Below, one piece after another: positions 1 to 8,470 of a stretch of DNA of 64,000 nucleotides. Source of the DNA: Eledone cirrhosa (lineage: Eukaryota); assembly GCA_964016885.1 (NCBI GenBank), contig OZ024741.1:12958001-13022000 (forward strand). Reading direction: 5' to 3'. The notes under the pieces were generated by a model that did not search any database, was not told the DNA's origin, and saw only the letters and a list, made by a program, of their open reading frames with translations. Position 1 is the first letter of the stretch. Each line of letters begins with the position of its first letter. Made by a program: the position numbers and the translations under genes.

Positions 1-1258
1 TGTTACCTCAGAGTAAGAGCAATCTTAAGAACGGAATTGAATGCAAGGAATAGGATCGATGCCATAAACACGCTTGCCATACCAGTAGTAACCTACAGTT
101 ACAATGTCATCAACTGGTCAAGCACAGAGATCCGTAGGCTCGATACAAAAATTCGAAAATTCTTAACCATGCACAGAATGCATCACCCTAAGGCAGATAT
201 AGATAGAATATATCTCCCTAGGAAAGAAGGAGGACGTGGGTTAATCCAGTTAGACATTGCGTTGAAAACTGCAACAATTGGATTATCTACATATCTAAGG
301 GAATCACATGATTGGATGATCAAACTCGTTTTGAAACACGAAAGCATCAAAAGATCATATTCCATTACAAAAGATGCACAAAGATACAGTAATGGACTAC
401 AAATTTCAGAAGTCCCATTTACTGCTGAAATGGAAAACACAGAAAAAGCAAAGCAGGTAAAAGAAAGAACTGCTACAGAAACTGGCTAAGAAATGGCAAG
501 AAAAGCCTCTGTATGGAAAATACCCAGAGCGAGCTAACAATCCTGATGTTGACAAAACTTTAACCCATCAGTGGTTGACATCCTCTGGACTGAAATCGGA
601 GACTGAAGGACTGATTATATCAGCACAAGATCAGTGTCTGCCAACAAAAAATTACCAAGCCAACATAATAAAAAATGGGTGCAGCCCATTATGCCGTGTA
701 TGCAAAAAACAACCAGAGACCATTGACCATATAATTTCAATGTGCAGTCCTATAGCTCCAACCGAATACCTAAACAGGCATGACAGAGCTGCACAATACA
801 TACATTGGATAATGTGTAAGCATTTTGACCTGCCCCATCAAAAGAATTGGTGGGAGCATCAACCACCTCCCATACTTGAAAAAGATCACATCTCAATCTT
901 GTGGAACTTTAGCATCCAAACAGACCGAAAAATAGATGCAAATAGACCTGATATAATATTGAAGGACTTTCAAAAGAGGGTATGCCTGCTAATTGATATG
1001 TCTGTTCCAATAGACAAGAATGTATCTATAAAAACATTTGAAAAATTGAGCAAGTATAAGGACCTGGAGATAGAAATTGGAAAAATGTGGAAATTGAGAA
1101 CTAACACAATACCAGTGGTTGTAGGCGCTCTGGGAATGATACCTAAGGGGTCTAATGATTACATATCGCAAATCCCAGGAAACCCGCGTATAGGAGAAAT
1201 ACAAAATATAGTACTAATAGGAACTGCCCATATACTAAGGAAGATTCTGTCAATATAA
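1..1258 (+). pseudogene. C-terminal part of R4/Dong ORF (RT thumb region, zinc knuckle, PD-(D/E)xK RLE nuclease) with one frameshift
   Basis: Frame is open from base 1 (CYLRVRAILRTELNARN) to 489. A second frame reads LLQKLAKKWQEKPLYGKYP from ~469 into ORF 575..1258, implying a frameshift near 460-480. Confidence 0.85.
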
Positions 1259-1402
1259 GTACATCACAAGTCTAAACACTAAAGATGCATGTGTGAATAT
1301 GTATGTTCTTTCTTGAACATGGCGGACCTTGTTGTCTCTTGAGGTCACTGGTTGTGACTTGGTGATAACTCGTATGAACATAAAGCAAGATAAATGCAAC
1401 TA

Positions 1403-1427
1403 TAATAATAATAATAATAATAATAAT
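1403..1427. repeat. (TAA)n microsatellite between the converging 3' ends of the R4/Dong and Tx1-like elements
   Basis: About 8 perfect TAA units read directly. Confidence 0.97.
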
Positions 1428-1433
1428 GTTTTC

Positions 1434-1439
1434 TTTATT
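1434..1439 (-). promoter_or_regulatory. Putative polyadenylation signal AATAAA at the Tx1-like 3' end
   Basis: TTTATT on the + strand 6 bp from the element end; also present in the second copy at ~7384-7389. Confidence 0.5.
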
Positions 1440-1671
1440 AACCACAAGGGTTTACATAAAGTAGACATTAAGGACAGTACAGGACAATACAGGACGGTAC
1501 AAATGGGCATTTCTGCGTGTAAAAAAAACAGAGGATGTAATAAAATAACAAAGAAAAATTCCCCAATAGGGGGGAGACTTCCGAGGGATATTTGTGGAGA
1601 AAGCCCATTAAAAGACCACAGTGACCCTGACCACCAGGGCAAGTGCCCTCTCCCAGTTTTCCACCTTTAAT

Positions 1672-4600
1672 TTACAGACACATACTCAGAGAAGGCCCAT
1701 TCATTCGGGCCATACTTGCTTCTCTCACACATCTTTCAACAAAATGTGGGAAGAGAGCACTTCCCTCTCTACCCTGATTTTCCTTTTCAAATGAAATTTG
1801 AAAAAGTTAATCAGGGCATCACCGAAGAGGTAAATGATCGTCTTCAGCCCTTTCAAACGTGTCCACCATACTATCTCTTTCGCCATGGCCACAAGACAAA
1901 TAAAAACTGCCTGCCCTTCCCGGCTAAAGGAAGAGGGCGGTGCAATCCTCACGATGGACTCAGCTGATAGCTGGATCCGTCCTACACGTGACAGCAGGTG
2001 TTCGACATAAACCCACAAGTCAGCAATGCTCGACCACTGGACGAGTGCGTGCAGGACGGTTTCGTTGCCCTGTGCGCATCTCGGACATGCCCGGCTGACG
2101 GCACCTCCATGCCTGTAGAGTTTATCCCGAACTGGCAAAGCTCCCCGGTAGCACTGCCAGGCCAGGGATTTCTGGAAGTTGTCCATAGGCCCCGGCCCGA
2201 AAGTCCTTCCGAAGAGATTGGCTAGTTGATTTTCGTCGACGCCTAGAGTTTCTCCAAGTACGTTGTCGCTCTTCCCCTCCACTAATCCTCTATAGAACGC
2301 CAAGGTGGAGTTTCCACCGATCACATTGCCCGATTGGTCGAGGGCTGTGAGCGCCTGAAGACATTCCAGTCTCCAAGCGCTCCCTCTCGGTCTTCGCTTG
2401 ACCCAGGACTGCAGCTCCGTCAAGGAAACGAGCTGGGGAAAGACGTGTCTAGCAAACGGCGACCACACTTGATCACCGTCGAGGAAGAGGTGGAGATGTC
2501 GTAGCCTGAGCGCGTGTCTGCGCATCATCATCCACGGCATGCCCAGCCCTCCACGTAGCGGGTGTTGACAGCAGATGGACCGCCTGACCATTGGAGCGCG
2601 TCCCTTCCACAAGAAGCGAAAGAGCAAACGCTCCAGCGCAGTCAGGCGGGGCTTAGGACGAGGTACGACGGTCAGGCGGTAGTAGATGACGGACACGATG
2701 TACGCGTTAGCCACCTCCGCTCGACCTTTCAGGGATAGCTTCCTCTCGGCCCATTTCTGCTCGTCACCTCGTTCCAGTTATTGTCCGTCTGGAGGTCTGA
2801 ACCGAACCAGACCCCTAGCAATTTAACCGCTCCGTCCGTCCAGCGCCCGACGACGCTGTTGGACGGCATGGACCTGCCTCCCAGGTGCCGAGCTGCAGGC
2901 CCATTGACTTTTCCTGGTTGATCATTGCTCCTGTCACCGCTTCGTATTCTCTTAGTGTAGTGCCGATCGCCTCGAAGTGTTTGGCGTTCGATACCACTAC
3001 GGTGACATCGTCCGCATATGCTGACACGGATCTTCAGCATCCTAGTTCGCGCGGGACTCCCCTAAACGTCTCCAGTTTGTGCAGTAATGGCTCGAGAGTC
3101 AATACGTACAATAGGGACGAGAGGGGAAATCCTTGGCGGACCGAGCGCATGATGTTGAACGGTTCCGAAAGGTGACCGTTCACTCTCACTACAGAGCAGA
3201 TGTCGCTGTGCATGGCAGCGATCCAGCCTCTGAAGACGGGCCCAAAGCCAGCCGCCCTCAGGACTGCCGCTAGGTAACAATGGTCGACCCTATCGAAGGC
3301 TTTCGACTGATCTAAATTGATCAAGGACCCACCCGTGCCAGGTTCCCTAGCCACCCTCTCTACGATGTATCGCATGAGGTGGAGGTTGTCGTGGATGGAT
3401 CTGTCGGGAATGGCGCATGTCTGCGCCTCTCCCACCAGACCACCAACGACAAGCGCCAACCTCTTTGCTAGCACCTTGGCCAAAATCTTGAACTCTGTAT
3501 TTAGCAGAGTTATGGGCCTGAAATTATCTATGTTATCCCCCTTGTTCGGATCCTTTCTCAGCATCGCCACCGCTCCTCGGCTCACAGAGCTGGGAATTCT
3601 CCCGTTCTGTTGCCAGTTGCAGTAGACGTCCGCCAAGAGGCCTCCGAACAAGTCTGGCATTTGTACGTAAAGTTCATAGGGCAGACCATCCAAACCAGGC
3701 GATTTACCCCTTGTGCAGCCAGTCATTGCTTCCCGTACTTCAGCGGCTGTTATCGGATTTTCGCAATAATCCGCCTCAGTGGCCGAGAGCCGTGGCAGTC
3801 CGTCGAGGTAGACACTAAAGTCCATCCCTCGATCCGGCCCGCGACTTCCCCCGAACAGTTGAGCGAAGTGTCGCTGAAAAGCTTCACACATTTGCCCGGG
3901 ATCGAGTAGCATGCGCCCGTCGTGGTCCACCAAAGACCGGATCGTGGTTTTGTTGCCACGACGCGCCTCCGCCACTCGGGCCCATTGAACGGCTTTCGTC
4001 CCCTCGTGTCTGAGAGCACGCACCCTAGCTCTGACAACGCAGCCTTCGTGCTTTGCATTGAAGAATTGGTCAAGGGCCAATTTCGCCGCAAGTACGTCGG
4101 TCGCGATGCCTTTGCAAACCGCCTCGTCTAATTTTCTAACTAATTCTCCCTCTGCTCTATTTTTCACTATTGCTAAAGCCTTACTAAACCTAATGGACTC
4201 TATTCTAATTGCTCTTTTCAGAGCAAACCACCACTTGTTGTTGACGATGGCCCCCGTCAACGCCCGCTTAACTAGTTCGCTAATCCGGTCTCTGTAGGTC
4301 TTGCGCGCTGGTAAGGACGCGTTTAGCCTCCAGTAGCCGGGTCCTCGTCTATGAAACCTATCTAAGTCAAGCACACAGATCACGAATTTGTGGTCTGTGT
4401 AGCTGACTATCTTGAATTGTGGACAGCCTATGCTAGACCTATCTATTTCCCTACAAAATACTCTATCTAGATATGATCTGGATGACCCTATGCGATTTGT
4501 TCAAGTCCACATTGGCACATTCGGGAAATCCAATCGGTACCTGTCAGACAGTTCAAAACGCCTGAGCAGGTTGGTGAGACTCTTGCACCCTCCTTCCCTA

Positions 4601-5070
4601 TCCACTAATCCCACACAATCCCAGCGTGCATCTAAGACCCCGTTCCAGTCGCCCACTAACACTAAAGAGCGGGACGTTCCAAGAAAGGACTCTAGACGCC
4701 GGAAGAAATCAGGCCGCCCTGCTCCTGTCGGGGCATAGACGGCCACTAACCTGAAAGCTTGCCCGTCTCCGCTGGTCACGTCCAGCACCACCAACTTACC
4801 TTCTGGGTCCAGGAAGATGGCCCGTATGGCAAGATCCAAACCTCTCCAAAAAAGCACAGCAACTCCTCCCCCCGATCCCGGACGGCTGGGAGATGCGTAC
4901 ACATCGTAGCCGCCGAAGATCGGTGCGAAGGCCCGTGCTTCGGAGATTCTGGTCTCGCTGATGGCCACTACATCTATGTTTAGTGACCTGAGGTCGTTGA
5001 GCAGGTGGCCCTGCTTCCATGACGACCCCAAGCCACGCGCATTTATGCTGCCTATTCTGAGTGAGGTCAT
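1672..5070 (-). pseudogene. Tx1-like ORF2: APE endonuclease, reverse transcriptase and C-terminal zinc finger, with stops and frameshifts
   Basis: APE motifs SINARGL, ISETR, VYAP, GDWN, YLDR, TDHK. RT motifs KSPGLDGL, FRPITLLN, DQSKAFDRV, VRQGFPLS, YADD. Zinc finger CPRC...ETVLHALVQ(W). In-frame TGA at 4501-4503 and 3034-3036; frameshifts near 2878, 2757 and 1747. True stop at 1672-1674 inferred from the second copy. Confidence 0.92.
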
Positions 5071-5104
5071 GTTGAAAAGGAGTGGAAAAGATGGGAAAGA
5101 CCAC

Positions 5105-7111
5105 TTACCTTACTTCTCGTAGAGGAAGGACGGTTTTTCCATCCTTTTCACTGCTTGTGGCCTCCTCAGGAAGGATGTCCTTATAAATCCTCCTGGAGAG
5201 TGCTTGTCGGAAGTCTCCGATGTCTTTGGGGAATTTTTGTTTTAGTGTCATGTACGTTTTCTGTGTGATGCGAGTGATTTGTATGTGTGGAGGTGGTGTG
5301 AATTTTGGGGTTGTTGGGTAGTCTTTTTCTGTGATGCTGGTGTTGTGTTGGATGTAGTGTAATAATTGCTTGTTGTTCAAATTTAATGCTGTGTAGTGTG
5401 TATCGTTTTGGTTGTTTTGTTTTGTTTGCGTTTGTTGTGGGTTTGTTTCTGTTTCGCATTTTGGTGACTTTTGTGGTGTAGATGATGGTGGTGTTGGGGT
5501 TGGGGTTAATGATGGTGATGGTGTCGGTGTTTGGGGTGATGGGGTTGGTGATGCTGGTGTGGATGGTGGCATATCTGTCCTAACTTTTTTGTTTGTTAAT
5601 TTATTTGTTTGCCTCTGTATTTTGTTTTTGGAGGGGGAAGGAAGAGAATTTTTTCTTTTTTGGTTTCTTTTTTTTTTCCTGATACCGTTTCCCACTCCTC
5701 GTCGTCACAATCTGTCTCCAGTTGTGATAGGCCGGGGAGTGGAAAATCCTCCACAGGCGTTAGTTTTGGTTGTGACGTGGTGGATGGTGTAGGCGCTGGT
5801 GCTAGTTCTGAAGCATTGGGTGGTGGTGGTGTTGGTTTTACTGGTGGTGGTGGTGTTGGTTTTGCTACTGTTGCTGGGGTTGTTGCTGTTATAGCTTCTT
5901 CTGTTGTTGCTGCTACAGTTGTTGCTGCCATCTCTGCTACTGGTGGTGTTGATGGTTGAGTCACTGGGGTGGATAGGAGAGGTGACCTCAACCTTTTAGC
6001 CTGAGGGCAGAAAGCCCTTAGGTGGGTTCCTTCACCACAAACGACACCCCTAGGCCTTCTACCCTCGACAATTACGGTGAGGTGGCTGCCGTCAGTGAGG
6101 TCTATTACCTCTGGGATCTCCTCAATGCTTTTTTGGTCCGCTTGGATCAGGAGCTCCATCCTAGATCCGGACCAGTTCTCCTGCTTTTCTTTTGCTATTG
6201 CTATTATCTTTGTGTTGGCTTCGATGCCGGTGAGGACGGCCGCTATTAGCCAGGGAATTTCGATGGCCGGTGGAACGTGGGTCACCCTGATCTTTACGAG
6301 TCTCTGGCCACAATAGCTTGGGACGAGTGTGAAGTCGTCACTTCTTAATGGGGCCATGGAGTGTTCTCTAGCCTCCTCTGGTGTTTCAAAAAACACGTCC
6401 ACGGTTCCATACTTCTGCCCACGTCTGATGTGGGTTTTTCTTGCCCACACATGTCCCAAAGCTTTTTGGATTTGGGACTCGGATGCTCGTTCCACTCGGC
6501 GCGATTTTACATTTATTGTTTGATACGACACGGTGCATAGGCGCCGATGCTCCATTTTATTAGGTGGGGGGGGGGCTGACCCTGTACCCATCTTTCTTTA
6601 CCATTTTTTGGGCATTTTCTAATTCCTCCTGAGTTACCGTAAATCGCACTGTTTTGCTACTCTGGCAAAACTCAGGGTGGTTTTTTTAATGTCATTGCTG
6701 TTGTTGTTGCTATCGTTATTTTTGTTGTTGCTATCGTTATTTTTGTTGTTATTAATTTTAGTTTCAGTTGTGGTGGTGGTGACGTCAGTGGAGTTCGGTT
6801 TGGAAGAGTCCATTTTGGTTGAAAATATTTCGACATCACGAGTTGATTTAGTTTCCTTTTGTTTCTGTTGTCGCGGTGGTGGTGGGGGTGGAGGTTGTCG
6901 CGGTGGTGGTGGTGGTGGTGGCGGCTTTAACACCTACAGTCATTGGTAATGGAGGGAAATGAATGTCTGCCTGAGACAAATTTAAAATATTGCTAGTGCT
7001 TAAATTGTTTGTGTTGGCAAACGTAGTATCATTTACAATGGTGGTGTCGGTGTGAGGTGTTAATTTGTGAGGAAGGCTTTCAGCTGCTTCGTGCAGAGGG
7101 GAATTAGCCAT
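5105..7111 (-). pseudogene. Tx1-like ORF1 (gag-like nucleic-acid-binding protein, Pro/Thr/Asn-rich linkers), split by several frameshifts
   Basis: Consecutive minus-strand ORFs 6848..7111, 6634..6933, 5596..6591 and 5105..5695 can be joined at homopolymer runs. VEGRRPR(G)VVCGEGTHLRAFCP is a CX2CX4HX4C knuckle lacking its first Cys. Ends 34 bp before the ORF2 ATG. Confidence 0.75.
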
Positions 7112-7320
7112 TTTTTTTCAAAGAAATTTTTTGATAATCATAAAAGTTTAAATTTTGGGCACAAGGCCCCAATCTTTTTGGGTGTCCTTTTCGGAAAACA
7201 ATGTATGTGCGCTTATATATAGTTAACAAAAATTTTTTTCCATAAATGGCAATTTTTAACAAACGGAAATAACAAACCTTTGCGGAGCTCACGGTGATAC
7301 GATTTACTACGTAGGTCGCC

Positions 7321-7377
<57 letters not shown>
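7321..7377. repeat. (AAT)19 microsatellite
   Basis: 57 bp of perfect AAT. Confidence 0.98.
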
Positions 7378-7379
<2 letters not shown>

Positions 7380-8005
7380 TTTCTTTATTAACCACAAGGG
7401 TTTACATAAAGTAGACATTAAGGACAGTGCAGGACAATGCAGGACGGTACAAATGGGCATTTCTGCGTGTAAAAAACAAAAACAGAGGATGTAACAAAAA
7501 ATAACAATGAAAAATTCCCCAATAGGGGGAAGACTTCGGAGGGACATTTGTGGAGAAAGCCCAGTAAAAAGCCACAATGACCCTGACCACCAAGGCAAGT
7601 GCCCTCTCCCAGTTTTCCACCTTTAATTTACAGATATATACTCAGAGTAGGCCCATTCACTCGGGCCATTCTTGCTTCTCTCACCCATCTTTCAACAAAA
7701 TGCTGGGAAGAGAGCACTTCCCTCTCTACTCTGATTTTCCTTTTCAAATGAAATTTGAAAAAGTCAATCAGAGCATCACCGAAGAGGTAAGTGCTCGTCT
7801 TCCGCCCTTTCAAACGTGTCCACCATACTATCTCTTTCACCATGGCCACCAGGCAGATAAAAACTCGTCCAGTGTCCGAAAATTGCTGACTTGTGGGTTT
7901 ATGTCGAACACCTGCTGTCGCGTTTAGGACGGATCCGGCTATCATCTGAGTCCATCGTGAGGATTGCCCCGCCCTCCTCCTTTAGCCGGGAAGGGCAGGC
8001 AGTTT

Positions 8006-8007
<2 letters not shown>
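7378..8007 (-). mobile_element. Second copy of the Tx1-like element, 5'-truncated with an inverted 5' segment
   Basis: 7378-7865 aligns by eye to 1428-~1908 in the same orientation. 7863-8007 is the reverse complement of ~1902-2046 and encodes LVQCPKIADLWVYVEHLLSR...REGQAVF on the + strand. Confidence 0.92.

Positions 8008-8040
<33 letters not shown>
8008..8040. repeat. (AAT)11 microsatellite
   Basis: 33 bp of perfect AAT. Confidence 0.97.
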
Positions 8041-8216
8041 TGTTTATACTTTTGGCACAAAGCCAGTAATTACCCAGAACATTACCGGTACTTTATTTTA
8101 TCGACCCCGTAAGGATGAAAGGCAAAGTTAACCTCGGCGGGATTTGAACTCAGAATGGCAAGGGCCGTAACTCTATACGTCAAAGCATGGCGTCCGACCC
8201 TCTACCGACACTGCCA
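8041..8216 (-). mobile_element. tRNA-derived SINE, slightly 5'-truncated, with (ATT)n tail
   Basis: Minus strand has A-box-like TGGCAGTGTCGG, B-box GAGTTCAAATCC and a central GCCTTTCATCCTTACGGGGTCGATAAAATAAAGTACC that resembles, from memory, the MetaSINE conserved core. Confidence 0.78.
8140..8151 (-). promoter_or_regulatory. RNA polymerase III B-box of the SINE
   Basis: GAGTTCAAATCC fits the GTTCRANNC consensus and lies ~55 bp downstream of the A-box-like motif at 8205-8216. Confidence 0.7.
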
Positions 8217-8237
8217 AATAATAATAATAATAATAAT
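8217..8237. repeat. (AAT)7 microsatellite, tail of the CR1-like LINE
   Basis: Perfect AAT run followed by a degenerate GAT. Confidence 0.95.
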
Positions 8238-8470
8238 GATTCAATTATTGTGTACAGTGCTCAGGTGCACTACAACTCATCAAAGGTGCACGTATAGTAA
8301 ATAGAATAATGTTCAAATGTCAGGAAAGTGAACAGTGCATGAGTCATGATATACATGTGTGTATGGAGGGGAATGTTAGGTGTAGTGTTGGTGAATCTCA
8401 GGAAGCATGGAGGTTTTAAAGGATGCAGTGTCTCGACAGCTAACAACTGATGCAGGTAGTTTGTCCCATG
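8238..8470 (-). mobile_element. 3' end of a CR1/L2-group LINE (ORF2 C-terminus, ~140-bp 3' UTR, (ATT)n tail), merging into the satellite
   Basis: Minus-strand frame W(D/N)KLPASVVSCRDTASFKTSMLPEIHQHYT* matches the WNxLP...VV...S...FK terminal motif of CR1/L2 ORF2. Followed by a short UTR with a hairpin and a simple-repeat tail. Confidence 0.8.
8376..8468 (-). pseudogene. Last 30 codons plus stop of CR1-like ORF2
   Basis: Manual translation of 8468->8376 gives WDKLPASVVSCRDTASFKTSMLPEIHQHYT-TAA. Confidence 0.75.

Larger units (their letters stand above)
1..1427 (+). mobile_element. R4/Dong-clade non-LTR retrotransposon (restriction-like endonuclease type), 3' portion, cut by the window start
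   Basis: Post-RT motif HPKADIDRIYLPRKEGGRGL, CCHC knuckle CRVC-x8-H-x4-C, RHD and RPDII...LIDMSVP...K..KY endonuclease motifs, stop at 1258, ~140-bp 3' UTR, then a (TAA)n tract. Confidence 0.9.
1428..7320 (-). mobile_element. Full-length Tx1/L1-clade LINE (~5.9 kb; 5' UTR, ORF1, ORF2, 3' UTR), disrupted
   Basis: Begins GGCGACCTACG at 7320 next to (AAT)19. Carries ORF1 with a zinc knuckle and ORF2 with APE, RT and CCHC domains. Ends AATAAAGAAAAC followed by (ATT)n. Confidence 0.92.

Noticed and set aside
3034-4503. Programmed readthrough or alternative genetic code at the two in-frame TGA codons in ORF2
   Set aside because: Trp is encoded by TGG elsewhere in the ORF, and the same copy has frameshifts, a deletion and lost Cys residues, so ordinary decay is simpler.
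1428-7865. LTR retrotransposon with direct repeats at 1428-1908 and 7378-7865
   Set aside because: The repeats are LINE 3' ends including ORF2 coding sequence, the second lies outside an (AAT)19 tract, there are no TG..CA termini or integrase, and the internal protein is APE-RT.
1329-8112. Short antisense or alternate-frame ORFs (e.g. 1329..1670, 5412..5792, 7104..7598, 7213..7395)
   Set aside because: They are shadows of retroelement ORFs or read through microsatellites (poly-N, poly-L, poly-I) and show no recognisable domains.
8140-8216. Functional tRNA gene
   Set aside because: A and B boxes are present, but I could not fold a cloverleaf, and the sequence continues into a SINE core and simple-repeat tail.
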